From IMG/VR virus record IMGVR_UViG_3300025195_000002: DNA of 64,000 bases; one strand, 5' to 3'. The notes under the pieces are model-generated. The model was not told the origin of the DNA. It saw only the letters and a list, made by a program, of their open reading frames with translations, and ran no database searches. This DNA comes from a virus. Made by a program: the position numbers and the translations under genes. Shown here in pieces: positions 19,369 through 29,757 of this stretch. Each line of letters opens with the position of its first letter. Position 1 is the first letter of the stretch.

Positions 19369-21303
19369 TTAAGAATGTATTGGATGATCTATTCCTTTCT
19401 CTTTTGTAAACTCAAAAAGAAGTTCATTCATACTTGGCATCGATAGCATCTCTCGACACACCTCTACTGCATTAGTTTGTGCGGCGGTCATGTTAATAGC
19501 TACCCGCCGATAAACATCATCACTTTTACCTAATATCTTACAAAACTCCAATATAGTCGTTTCACGAGAAGCATTAGTGATAATCCCTATGTTTGGATAA
19601 CCTGCCGCTACATCCAAATCAGATACTGCAACAGATAGTCCAGTTTCTATAGTGGGATCTTCCTCGATTAGGTTTAATCCACGCTTGTGGATCAGATGAC
19701 TGGGTAGAGTCGTTATCCACCCTTGTAGTGAGGGTAGCAGCGCATCGATCTCAGCTACCATCTCATCACTGGTTGATCCCATTACCAACCCTTCTTCCTC
19801 CTCACAAACAAAATGTAAGTCATCAGCCAGACGTCGAGGAGTAGAAGGGAACTTTGCTAGATCAGAATGGCCTAACAATATCCTCATCTTTTTAATATCC
19901 GTTTGATCCTCATCTAGTAATTCAACTGCAATACAGTCAAAGGAGTTATAGATTAAATATTCAGCAGGATAGTGCGTTTGCATGAACTGATGCCACTCTA
20001 ACCCCTTAAAACCATCAGCCTCTTCAAACTTTAACTTAGATAAGTTAAGGTGTCTATTTAGTATAGCATCTAAACTATAAGAGGGCTGTTGAGCTTCAGT
20101 GACACGAAGCTTTTTATACAAACACATTGAATCGATGAAGTAGAAGCCAGCCGGGGCGATGACCGTATGCCAAAGGTCAGCAACGTGTTGAGAGTAGGTT
20201 TTACCATCAGCCTTGGTTTTCTGTAGCTGTCCTTCCTTATACCTAAAGTATTTATACTCTGGAGGAATACGAGGGTCGCTAAAAACCTCAGCAGGGTCTT
20301 CGCCATGACGTTTACACGACTCTATCATTTTAGGCACATCAAAGTTCATGTTCCAGATAAGGATAAAGTCAGGTTGCCATTGGTGTGCACGCTTTAATAG
20401 AGCACGGGTTACCTCAAAGTCATTTTCTACAATTTCAACTTCAAGGTTGATGTTTCTCTCTTTCTTGTATTTTTCAAGATAAAGTTCAAATAACCCTTCA
20501 ACGATAGGCACTGCCTTACCCTGTATGCGCGCAGCAAAACGCTTAGTGACAGCAATAAACACCTTATCTTTCATGGTTAATGAACCAGAGATAATTGGCT
20601 GTTCGTATGGCTTGCGTTCTTTCTGTAAGCTAACGATCTCTTCACGTTCTAACTTTAACTGTTCGTTAATGCGCTTAACATCTTTAGCACCCTTTGGATC
20701 TTTGGCTGCCTCTTCTGCCTGTTGACGAAGATGATCCATACGAGCTTGGGATTGTCCAATACGTTCATCGTAACGTTTACATACTGCTTTATCGTCAGGG
20801 TGTAAGTGCTCGAAAACGGTATTTGTCTCTAAATCGAGTACCGCATTATTGGCATCATAACGCGCATCGTTATATTCTGGATAGTCTCTCATGTATTTAT
20901 GTTTGACCAATACCGTTGGCATTATATCTGTACCATAAACATAAGGACTACGATTCAACATACCTAGACGCATAAATCCAGGTGTCATACCTAATGCACG
21001 TGCAAGGTTATCCGCCAATAATACCTGCGTCGACTCGTAACGCTGGACTTTCTTACGGTCTTCCCATTCTTTTTTCTCATGGTGTGTCTGATGACCTTCA
21101 CGTGTGATATAGAATGATTTCTTAACATTTATTTTAGGGACTAGGCGCGAACGGGTCGTTCCGTCTTTAAAGTGAACTCTTTCTTTAACTAAAACTAGAT
21201 CATCTTTCTTAGTATATTGGTTAACAAAATAGTTAGCATGGATACATTCAAGACCGGCAATATCCTCTGGATTAACTGTCACGGTGGGCTCCTTAATTAA
21301 CAC
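19369..21303 (-). CDS. Split family-B DNA polymerase, N-terminal 3'-5' exonuclease half (phiKZ gp82 type)
   Basis: ExoI LDLET, ExoII IWNMNFDVP, ExoIII YNSFDC, and a motif-A-like SDLDVAAGYP near the C-terminus. Confidence 0.85.
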   Translation of the reverse strand: MLIKEPTVTVNPEDIAGLECIHANYFVNQYTKKDDLVLVKERVHFKDGTTRSRLVPKINVKKSFYITREGHQTHHEKKEWEDRKKVQRYESTQVLLADNLARALGMTPGFMRLGMLNRSPYVYGTDIMPTVLVKHKYMRDYPEYNDARYDANNAVLDLETNTVFEHLHPDDKAVCKRYDERIGQSQARMDHLRQQAEEAAKDPKGAKDVKRINEQLKLEREEIVSLQKERKPYEQPIISGSLTMKDKVFIAVTKRFAARIQGKAVPIVEGLFELYLEKYKKERNINLEVEIVENDFEVTRALLKRAHQWQPDFILIWNMNFDVPKMIESCKRHGEDPAEVFSDPRIPPEYKYFRYKEGQLQKTKADGKTYSQHVADLWHTVIAPAGFYFIDSMCLYKKLRVTEAQQPSYSLDAILNRHLNLSKLKFEEADGFKGLEWHQFMQTHYPAEYLIYNSFDCIAVELLDEDQTDIKKMRILLGHSDLAKFPSTPRRLADDLHFVCEEEEGLVMGSTSDEMVAEIDALLPSLQGWITTLPSHLIHKRGLNLIEEDPTIETGLSVAVSDLDVAAGYPNIGIITNASRETTILEFCKILGKSDDVYRRVAINMTAAQTNAVEVCREMLSMPSMNELLFEFTKEKGIDHPIHS

Positions 21304-21350
21304 GGCTATACTATTTCTATGACGTGTTATTAATAAAATATAGGATTCAC

Positions 21351-22724
21351 ATGAGACAGTCGATTAAAAACAGACTAGGTGAGCAAACGCCGCAAACCTC
21401 CAGTTTTAATAAACAGACGTTGGACACTACCCATTCTACCGGTGTCGAAACAATGTTCAATAAAGCCGAGTGTGAATTCATCGCCATTGAACAGTGTAAT
21501 GATGATGTTGAAGATCTTATACGCATAGCCGATGGCCTTGAAGCTATTGAAAAACAGCAACCACTTGACATAAACGACAGTTTAACAAAAGCATGTGTAG
21601 ATTCCATAGCCGGTGAAGTTGGCTTAGAGGCCAAGGATGTGGTTGAAGATATTGTAGAGACCATTCGTCGTATATGGAGAACAATTTACAACGCTATTCG
21701 TAAAGGTATTCGCCAGGTTAAAATTTGGTTAAAGACACTGCTTGATGGTACTGAGAAATTCAAAACCCGCGTTGATGCGTTAAGTGAAAGGTTAACTACG
21801 GTATCTACAGAATCTAAAGACAAAACACCCATAACAGCCCCGTTGATATCGGCGGCGTTAGATGTGGAAGGTGAGGTAAGTCCACTATTGATTAAAGACA
21901 GACTATCCCTCGTGACGCCTTTATTTAGTAAACAAATGGTCGGTAACGTTGAAGCCGTTACTTCCATGTTGACGGGAATGGCTAAAGTTGACCCTACTGA
22001 TATTAAGACTATTTCAGTTTTTAAAGACGCAGTTACAGTTAAAGAAAAGGTAGATAGCGTTTTAGGTGGTATTGTTCTATCTAAAAAGAAACTGCCTTTA
22101 AAAGAGGGGATTATCCAAGTTATATTTCCAAGGGTGGTAGTTTCGGATATTTTTGAATTTACACTTAAAGCTAGCCAGGTTCATTCAACAGAAACATTGC
22201 CGGGCAATAAGGCAATTTATGTGTTGTCCAGTAAGTTAATTGGAAAACATGAACACATTAAAGTTAAATCAGCCCATCTCAACCTCACAGCGCGCTTGGG
22301 TAGTTTATCTTTAATCAATCCCAGTATTAAATTGACAGAAAACAAACTACCGGTACTTAGCTATGGCGATATGGTAGATTTATGTACCTTTGTATCTTCA
22401 AAGTTAGATGATGTTATTTATTTTAACGATTATTATACCAAGCGTTCATTAAAATCATCAGAAGCGATGTTTGATCAGGTAGATAAGTTGTCTGATACTA
22501 TCTATAGCAAGGTCGAAGATAGGGATCAGGCCGCTGAGGCGCGTAGTGTTTTTAAAGTTATATCTAACATGAGTCAAGAAGTTTACCAACTAAGCGAGGG
22601 ATTGACATTAAATACTGTTCGCTACACTATTAAAACTTGTCGCGCCATTATAAAGTACGTTGAAGAATCGGCCTCGCGGTACGAATCTAATCTTGATGAA
22701 AGTACATTACTAGAGAGTAAATAA
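21351..22724 (+). CDS. Internal head protein paralog (gp93 family)
   Basis: GVE/AIE/GLE sites, then DIVETIRRIWRTIYNAIRKGIRQVKIWLK and LPGNKAI; AGGA SD at 21351. Confidence 0.75.
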   Translation: MRQSIKNRLGEQTPQTSSFNKQTLDTTHSTGVETMFNKAECEFIAIEQCNDDVEDLIRIADGLEAIEKQQPLDINDSLTKACVDSIAGEVGLEAKDVVEDIVETIRRIWRTIYNAIRKGIRQVKIWLKTLLDGTEKFKTRVDALSERLTTVSTESKDKTPITAPLISAALDVEGEVSPLLIKDRLSLVTPLFSKQMVGNVEAVTSMLTGMAKVDPTDIKTISVFKDAVTVKEKVDSVLGGIVLSKKKLPLKEGIIQVIFPRVVVSDIFEFTLKASQVHSTETLPGNKAIYVLSSKLIGKHEHIKVKSAHLNLTARLGSLSLINPSIKLTENKLPVLSYGDMVDLCTFVSSKLDDVIYFNDYYTKRSLKSSEAMFDQVDKLSDTIYSKVEDRDQAAEARSVFKVISNMSQEVYQLSEGLTLNTVRYTIKTCRAIIKYVEESASRYESNLDESTLLESK

Positions 22725-22726
22725 CA

Positions 22727-24016
22727 ATGAACCGCTTACCCCATTATTTTACTGCCTCTAACGAGGCAATTGATCATCAGTTTAACGGTGTGTTAAAGGC
22801 AGCGTTGGTTCAGCGAATCGGTGTTCTCATCGGTAAGAAAGAATCAAACGTTATTCAGGAAGCATTACCTACGTTATCTGATGTTATTAAAACACACACT
22901 GGCGTCTCACTTAAGCTTGAGCTTGTGGAGGGTATGGGTATGTTTGTAGAACTACCCTCACTGTCAGCAAACAACCCTATCGTTAATGCCTGGCGTCGTG
23001 GTCCCTGGATGACAAAACAAGGCGAAGCGTTAGTCAAAGAGGCTAATAAGCCGATTGAAGGGAGTATCGATCTTAATAAAGGTAAGGTTGATGGTGTCTT
23101 TAGTGAAACCACCCAAACGCTTTATATTGGTAAAGAATATTTCTACCATCCCTTGGTTACCTTTACACCAGAAGAGATAGCGGCGGTTATCTTGCATGAA
23201 GTAGGGCATGTCTTTACGTATTTTGAGATGCTGTCACGTACTGCTACTACAAACTACATTCTACGTGGCACCCTTGAACAGTTAATGGAAGCTAAGGATA
23301 GAAAATCAAAGATCACTATCCTTAAAGATACCGAAAAGACATCTGGTATACCATTGGGTGATTTAGATGATATCGCCGACATTGCTGATATAAAAGCAGT
23401 TAGTGTGATGTTATTTAAACAGATTGATGACGCTCAACGTAGTGAGTTAGGGTTTAGTGCCTATGATACGACGGGTGCTGAATCACTCGCCGACCAGTTT
23501 GCTGCTAGACACGGTCTAGCGTTACCTCTGGCAACTGGTTTGGATAAAGTCACCCGCATGTATGGTGATGCGGCTCACCGGTCAACGCTCACCTTTGCTG
23601 CTATTAAAGTAGCCATTTGGTCATCTTTGTTTACTGCTGCCGTCTTTACTCCTATTGCTGCTGGAATTGTAGTAGGTGTCATCACTATTAAACTACTATC
23701 GGGTATCTTAGGGGTCGCTGAATACGATGAGCTTCCTGATCGGTATAAGCGTTTACGCCATCAATTAGTCGATGGTTTAAAACGAAAAGAGATTACTGGC
23801 GAACAGGAAAAACAACTCATTTCAGAAATTAACCAGCTAGATAAGATGGTCGAGTCTGTTAACGAGCATGTTTCTTTATCGTTACTTGTACTTAACCACC
23901 TCATCCCAAGTAAACGCAAAGCAGCTAAATCTAAAGTGTTCCAGCAAGACTTAGAGTCTATGCTCGCTAACGATCTCTTTGTTAAATCAGCAGAATTAAA
24001 ACACGCGACTGCGTAA
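22727..24016 (+). CDS. Head protein with a zincin HExxH motif
   Basis: ASNE processing site near the N-terminus, AAVILHEVGH, ESLADQFA, and a hydrophobic hairpin. Confidence 0.7.
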   Translation: MNRLPHYFTASNEAIDHQFNGVLKAALVQRIGVLIGKKESNVIQEALPTLSDVIKTHTGVSLKLELVEGMGMFVELPSLSANNPIVNAWRRGPWMTKQGEALVKEANKPIEGSIDLNKGKVDGVFSETTQTLYIGKEYFYHPLVTFTPEEIAAVILHEVGHVFTYFEMLSRTATTNYILRGTLEQLMEAKDRKSKITILKDTEKTSGIPLGDLDDIADIADIKAVSVMLFKQIDDAQRSELGFSAYDTTGAESLADQFAARHGLALPLATGLDKVTRMYGDAAHRSTLTFAAIKVAIWSSLFTAAVFTPIAAGIVVGVITIKLLSGILGVAEYDELPDRYKRLRHQLVDGLKRKEITGEQEKQLISEINQLDKMVESVNEHVSLSLLVLNHLIPSKRKAAKSKVFQQDLESMLANDLFVKSAELKHATA

Positions 24017-24029
24017 GGAATAATGAATC

Positions 24030-24470
24030 ATGAAGAAGTTAAAGAAAACGGCCCAATTAGTTGGTGAGTTCAATCAACTGTTTAACCGCTGTAGCATCAA
24101 ACCTCAGGACCGTCAGGCAGTAATGTGCTTGGGTATTGCGCGTTATGTAGGCTATGAGTTAGATCTCCCAACCAGTGAAGTGCATAATCCTCGCTCTTAT
24201 TTTATTGAAATGCATAAGGGTACAATGGATGAGTTTCTTTCATCTATTAATGAGCAGTTTGTTATCGATGTTGAAACAACGGCTGACCTGGCCTTTAAAA
24301 TTTGGACAATGCGTTATAACCTACTCTTTAATCCATCGTCATTGTCGTTAGAGGGATTGATGGGTCTTTGTCAGGCGAAGAAGTTTAGTGACGCCGAATA
24401 CTCTGAAAAATGGAGTGGGTTCTGTAACCAGCTTTGCGGTACGTTAGTACAATTTACCCAACCGGAGTAA
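24030..24470 (+). CDS. Conserved virion hypothetical protein
   Basis: AAGGA SD; lies within the structural operon. Confidence 0.7.
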   Translation: MKKLKKTAQLVGEFNQLFNRCSIKPQDRQAVMCLGIARYVGYELDLPTSEVHNPRSYFIEMHKGTMDEFLSSINEQFVIDVETTADLAFKIWTMRYNLLFNPSSLSLEGLMGLCQAKKFSDAEYSEKWSGFCNQLCGTLVQFTQPE

Positions 24471-24474
24471 TCTC

Positions 24475-25746
24475 ATGTTGATCCCATTTGATGATCCTGC
24501 TATTTTAGAGCAGGAAAGAAGTGCTAATGCGTTAATTCAGCACGCCGTCGAGGGTATCTGCTTACTTAAAGAGATTACTCAACGTCTTAATAGCGAGGGT
24601 GCGTCCCAAGAAATAGCTATTATGATTGAGTCAATTGACACAGAAGCCCTACCAGAGCGTTACCCGAAAGAAAGCTTTACTATCGACCCAACGCCTACTA
24701 ACTTGTCGATCGCCGCTGAGAGCGCCGTACAGGCCGTTATAAAGGCATTAGGTAAAGCCTCTAAGGCCGTCATTGAGTTTATCGTTAAACTTTACAAATC
24801 CATCATTGATGTCATTAGCGGTTTATTTAATAAACTAGCTTCTGTGGTCCGTGGTCAGAAGAAGGCTAAAGAGACTGAAGCCAAGAGTAATGATCTTGGT
24901 AGTAAGTTAGATGGAGAGGCTATTAAGGACTATAACCCAGAAGACGGCAGCTATGTGCTGAATGATAAAGTTGAGTTTGAGGATGGGGATTATAAACTCA
25001 CCTTACACTACGACATTATCCAAGAAGCACTATCGCCGCTGGTTGTTAAAGTCTTTGAAAATAACCTAACGCCCGGCGAACTACAACACAACATCATGGC
25101 GGCCGTACAAGATGCTAAATCTACTAATGCGCGTTATGAAGAATTTGTGGGGGCGGTTAATGCGTTTAATGAATCCCCAGAAGATAAAACTCTACAGGCA
25201 TTGGTATCATGGCTACGCAATGAAGAAGAGCGTGAACACTTCCATGACATCTATCGTATTGCAAAAGTAGTTGGGGTTAATGACTTGTCAGAGGATTTAC
25301 ATAACCTCATGGGTCATGGTCTAGGGACACTACTTCAAACACTTAAAGACGAGGATGAGGTCCGTTACGAAGGTGATGCGAGCCAGCTTGCTATTCTTAA
25401 ACGAATGGTAAGAAGTCGTTATGACCTTGAACAACTTGAGGTGTTTGGTGATTTTGAAAAGCAGGTGAAGAAACTGGACCGTGGGATTAATGGTATTAAA
25501 AAGAATACGTTTGAATTAGTAGAACGGGGCTGGGATCCTGAGCTGCGTTCACGTGTTCAACAGTCTGTTAATGTCTATTTAGAATACTTCAGGAATCGAA
25601 GTCGTTTTAATACGCAGATCATTTCAGCCTGTGCTATCATAATTCAGTCATTAGGTCGTTTTGCTGCGGCTCAGACTACGTTTGAAGGTAAACTTTACGG
25701 TGAACTCCTACGTGTTAAAGAGCAGTATGAATACAATGTAACCTAG
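24475..25746 (+). CDS. Internal head protein with a cleavable propeptide
   Basis: YPKESFTIDPTPTNLSIAAES motif followed by an amphipathic helix. Confidence 0.7.
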   Translation: MLIPFDDPAILEQERSANALIQHAVEGICLLKEITQRLNSEGASQEIAIMIESIDTEALPERYPKESFTIDPTPTNLSIAAESAVQAVIKALGKASKAVIEFIVKLYKSIIDVISGLFNKLASVVRGQKKAKETEAKSNDLGSKLDGEAIKDYNPEDGSYVLNDKVEFEDGDYKLTLHYDIIQEALSPLVVKVFENNLTPGELQHNIMAAVQDAKSTNARYEEFVGAVNAFNESPEDKTLQALVSWLRNEEEREHFHDIYRIAKVVGVNDLSEDLHNLMGHGLGTLLQTLKDEDEVRYEGDASQLAILKRMVRSRYDLEQLEVFGDFEKQVKKLDRGINGIKKNTFELVERGWDPELRSRVQQSVNVYLEYFRNRSRFNTQIISACAIIIQSLGRFAAAQTTFEGKLYGELLRVKEQYEYNVT

Positions 25747-25747
25747 G

Positions 25748-25801
25748 CGCATAAAAGCCTAACCACCTAGCCGTGAGGCCGGGTGGTTAGCTTATGCCGT
25801 T
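25748..25801. repeat. 54-bp bidirectional terminator, exact inverted copy of 53262-53315
   Basis: Base-by-base reverse complement of 53262-53315; stem CTAACCACC../..GGTGGTTAG flanked by CGCATA and TATGCCG. Confidence 0.92.
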
Positions 25802-28692
25802 TATTGATGTAAAACAAAGTTAATGGTGATGTCATCCACAACAGTTAATGTACCATCAGTAGACAGTGAGAGACGGTTAGCAATAGTACTAACTGCATTT
25901 ACGTCAAGTACTGTATAGGCCTCTATGTTATTAGAAGGTCCCAAACCATCAATGACAACTGAAATGACTTCACTCCCTCCAGCTTCTAACAGCGCTTGTT
26001 CAATACCTAATACGGTAACCGTATCGTTATCTAAGGCCTCTGCTATCAGCGTACGAGTTTGTCTTTCAATAGCGCTACGTAAATCATTATCACGACTACC
26101 ATCAGTGGTCATGTAGTAAGTTACAACAAAGCTTTGTGCAGCGGGTATCGTCTGACTAATATTGTCAGCAACCGTAATAGTGATGTCACCTAATGTCTGG
26201 CGAGGAGCAAAGCTAATATCCGTACGTTCTAATAGAAGTCCGTCTAGGCTGGCAATATCCTCTTCCAGGTACTCAATGATAGTGTCTGGAACACCATTAC
26301 GATAGTTAACGACATCCGTTGCTGTAGCAAAACGGTATTTTGCATCAAAGCACACCAGAGTAATGATGTTATTTACTGACCGCGCATTGGCTACAATAGG
26401 GTTACCATCACTGTCTAATATGGTCTCCCCCGCTCTATGTCGAACGATAGGTTCTCCGTCTTTCAAGACTAAATCGCCCTGATTATGTAGTTTGTTAAAG
26501 ACAACGTCCCCATCACCAGTAACCGTATAGACGCGTGTTCCAAACTCATCAGTTTCGTAAACGTCTTTGTCGTACGTTACATAGACGGGTTCGTCGTAGG
26601 TAGCGTATCGTAAAGAGGAAACAATTGAACGTGAATCGGACCGCAGTAAAGTCATAGCGGTACCAAACTTCAAAGTAATCCCTTCTTTTAATAATCCCAC
26701 ATAACTACTGGTGATCATGTTTGTATTGATCTGTCCGGTAAACCCATTAACTTCCTGATTGGTAGGTTGGGTATCCGTTAAGATATACGTAAGCGACAGC
26801 TCGGTTTCAAGGTCAATATAGTAGACTTGTAGATCTGACATATACTGTTTGAACCCGGTCATCGCAATGCGGTCTTCCGACGTTACATCAAAATTAGTTG
26901 TTAAGACAAACTCATATAACGGGTACCCGTCCGCATATCCCAAGAACGTTCCAAACAACACACTTAAGTTAGTATCCCCGGGTGGGTTAAAACCAAGTTG
27001 TAAGGTTAACTGGGTGATATCGATGTCATCACCCATCTCACTAGTTTCAACAGTCACTAGCAACCGATAACCATTCCTTACTCGTTCAAATGACAAAGAA
27101 CGGGTAGAGGCCTGGGCAGTGAGCTGATTGTTATCTTCATAAAACCGACGAGAAACAATCTCGGGGTTATCAAGATAATACGGACGACAATCAAACGCAT
27201 TCTCGGTGGTATCCAATACATAATGGAACGGTGTATAGAGGAACGTGTTATTGTTCATTGCCGAGATTAATGAATCCGACGCCATGTTAGTGTAGATTGT
27301 CTGCTCTTCTGAACTCAGATATTCTAACAACCCGTCCTTTAAACGGTAAAGAGTGTCTGGTCCAATGGTCAATCGATTACCGTTATCATAGCACGTATTT
27401 AACTCAGCCAACGCTGCCCGATTAACCTGGATGGTGCGAGTAATAGTGCCAATTGGTGATGTCAGCGTGTTTAAATCCGGAGAAGGTAATAAACGCGTGG
27501 CTTGGTATATACGGTCAGTAACATTATCCAGTCGTTTAACTACCTTGTAGCCAAGATCACTTAATGTCGTATCTAACGCACTGTCGGTGATAGGTACGTT
27601 CTGACGATTGTCGTTATAAATCACTCGCTGTTTTAGCTCATCGATACTTAAAGCCGATGCGCCATTTCGTGTTGTATCCTGAGAGAATATAGACACATTC
27701 GCAAGAGAACTCAACGGTGCCACGTACTTTGCGTTGGGTACGTTATCAATGTCGCGCCACTCAACTGCATATTCACTGGTTGGAAAGTTATCCAGTATTA
27801 ACGATATATCGCCCTCGGTAGTATAAATATCTACCCGGATATTAGACTGTAACAATCCATTGGTGTAGTATATTTCTGGTATCGTTACGGTTAATGTCTG
27901 ATCGGCAACGCGCAGTAAGGCTGTTACTGTGTCACTAGGAAATACCTGATCCGAATGCGTAGTCGATACCTCGGTATAATTACCAGCCCCGTCACCCATC
28001 CATACACGGGCATAATAAAAATTATCATTGAACGTGAAACGCTGCGTGAGACTGGTAGATACCGTAGTAGCAAAGTACTTCGGTGTTAATCGAAACTGGA
28101 ACACGTCGACGTCAATGCGTAGATAGTCAATACCATCAATAGTTACAATGGCGTTTTCTACTACGTTGCTCGATAGTGTCTGTAGAGGACTTTCGATATC
28201 GGTATCGTATAACACCTGGATAGCGTTGTTTTCCAATACGCGTAGTTCGATTGGGTAGTGTATACCAAAGAACGTTTCTGATATAACAAACACTGTATTG
28301 CGAGGAATAGTTATCTTTCTCGTATTAGCGGTTCCAGTTGCGGTAGATTGTGCAACAATTTCCTCTTTAGAGAACAGTAACGTAAATGTAGCAGAAGACG
28401 GCATGGCAAACCGACCGATGTAATCTTCATCTGCCATATGGCGATAAAGGTCTTCCTCACTCTCTGCTAGTGCGGGATATAACTTGCGCATACTGATATC
28501 GTTTTGAACACCGGCCGCTGCTGCTTGAACCGCAGAGGCTTCTAATAAGAAGATAAAGGGGTTTGTTGGATCACTTAAATCATACTCCCCGTTGTATGCC
28601 TCTTCCAATGCATCTAAAGTAACCCGTTGAATATTACCTGGGTCAAAACGGTAACGTGAGAGTTGAGTCATGACTTTGTTAAGCGTTGTCAT
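25801..28692 (-). CDS. Large virion structural protein, probable baseplate wedge (phiKZ gp87 type)
   Basis: DPTNPFIFLLEAS, LYPALAES.EDLYRHM..D, GRFAMPS and LSIDELKQRVI as recalled for phiKZ-like baseplate proteins; synteny. Confidence 0.7.
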   Translation of the reverse strand: MTTLNKVMTQLSRYRFDPGNIQRVTLDALEEAYNGEYDLSDPTNPFIFLLEASAVQAAAAGVQNDISMRKLYPALAESEEDLYRHMADEDYIGRFAMPSSATFTLLFSKEEIVAQSTATGTANTRKITIPRNTVFVISETFFGIHYPIELRVLENNAIQVLYDTDIESPLQTLSSNVVENAIVTIDGIDYLRIDVDVFQFRLTPKYFATTVSTSLTQRFTFNDNFYYARVWMGDGAGNYTEVSTTHSDQVFPSDTVTALLRVADQTLTVTIPEIYYTNGLLQSNIRVDIYTTEGDISLILDNFPTSEYAVEWRDIDNVPNAKYVAPLSSLANVSIFSQDTTRNGASALSIDELKQRVIYNDNRQNVPITDSALDTTLSDLGYKVVKRLDNVTDRIYQATRLLPSPDLNTLTSPIGTITRTIQVNRAALAELNTCYDNGNRLTIGPDTLYRLKDGLLEYLSSEEQTIYTNMASDSLISAMNNNTFLYTPFHYVLDTTENAFDCRPYYLDNPEIVSRRFYEDNNQLTAQASTRSLSFERVRNGYRLLVTVETSEMGDDIDITQLTLQLGFNPPGDTNLSVLFGTFLGYADGYPLYEFVLTTNFDVTSEDRIAMTGFKQYMSDLQVYYIDLETELSLTYILTDTQPTNQEVNGFTGQINTNMITSSYVGLLKEGITLKFGTAMTLLRSDSRSIVSSLRYATYDEPVYVTYDKDVYETDEFGTRVYTVTGDGDVVFNKLHNQGDLVLKDGEPIVRHRAGETILDSDGNPIVANARSVNNIITLVCFDAKYRFATATDVVNYRNGVPDTIIEYLEEDIASLDGLLLERTDISFAPRQTLGDITITVADNISQTIPAAQSFVVTYYMTTDGSRDNDLRSAIERQTRTLIAEALDNDTVTVLGIEQALLEAGGSEVISVVIDGLGPSNNIEAYTVLDVNAVSTIANRLSLSTDGTLTVVDDITINFVLHQ

Positions 28693-28695
28693 CTA

Positions 28696-29724
28696 TTATA
28701 CTCCAGATAAATTAACTTGTTCGTTAAGGGTTAGGTTATAGGTATCGTTAGGTACCCACCATTCTAATTCATTGTCTTCTGCAATGCGAGGATAACCATT
28801 GTAGTTAAAGATAGTTAGTTCTGATTTACTTAACTTCTTAAACAATTGATGGCGGGTTTTATCGCCCATCTGGGGATTGAATAACGTCACCGTTGCATTA
28901 AATTCTTGAATACTAATTGGGTCGTTATATTCAACACCCATACACTGAAAAGGTATAGACAGCTGTTCATTATCGTTCGCCAAAGGGCTATCAGTGCTAT
29001 AGTTAAAGGCAGCACCCATAGGGACTGCCGTTGGAAATGCTGCGCCGCAGTTAGCTATTTTTTGAACATAGGTTCGCGTTGGATCCAATACGAGTCGGTA
29101 GATGCGGGTCATGTAGTCAATCTCGTTCTCGACAATCATATCCGGATAAGGTACCAACTCACCACGACTTACGGCCATGGCATAATGTGTCCATGCGAAA
29201 AATAATGCTGAGATGGGATCACCTATTATATTGCGGAAGTTTGCAGTTAACGAAAACGTACCGTAATTGCGCGGTATGTCATCAACCATTGTCCAACTTT
29301 CTTTTGCTAACCCTTCTTGTGAGGTATAAGTATCAACGTCCACATCAGGCCAACCACTGATAGACAGTAAGTTATTCGTTAGCATTGGAATAAAAGCAAA
29401 ACTATCATCTACCAAGCCAGGTGCCCTAACTGAACGGGGTGTTTTTGAACCGTCTGGATCTAGCAAAACACGTATCAAACGCTGTTGCGTTAACTCTGAT
29501 TGAGTAAGGAGCGGGGCAAGTATACGACTAGCGCTTAAGTTATCGTATGACAAATTTAATCTAGGCCGTGTGAAAAACGTCAGGCCGTGATTATCCGTAT
29601 TCTGGGTAACCGGGTTCCCAACGCCTCGGTGATTGATGCCTTTATGGACATTCGTTGCTGTTGCGGATAAATTCCCAAGCCCACTCCCTTTCGAGATAAG
29701 GTTAATCGTTTCACGATTTGACAT
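28696..29724 (-). CDS. Virion protein, tail tube/baseplate junction-like (phiKZ gp88 type)
   Basis: GLTFFTRPRLNLSYDNL, IDYMTRIYRLVLD, AFPTAVPMGAAFNY. Confidence 0.65.
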   Translation of the reverse strand: MSNRETINLISKGSGLGNLSATATNVHKGINHRGVGNPVTQNTDNHGLTFFTRPRLNLSYDNLSASRILAPLLTQSELTQQRLIRVLLDPDGSKTPRSVRAPGLVDDSFAFIPMLTNNLLSISGWPDVDVDTYTSQEGLAKESWTMVDDIPRNYGTFSLTANFRNIIGDPISALFFAWTHYAMAVSRGELVPYPDMIVENEIDYMTRIYRLVLDPTRTYVQKIANCGAAFPTAVPMGAAFNYSTDSPLANDNEQLSIPFQCMGVEYNDPISIQEFNATVTLFNPQMGDKTRHQLFKKLSKSELTIFNYNGYPRIAEDNELEWWVPNDTYNLTLNEQVNLSGV

Positions 29725-29757
29725 TCTAATTACTCTCCCATTATAGGACTTGTTATC

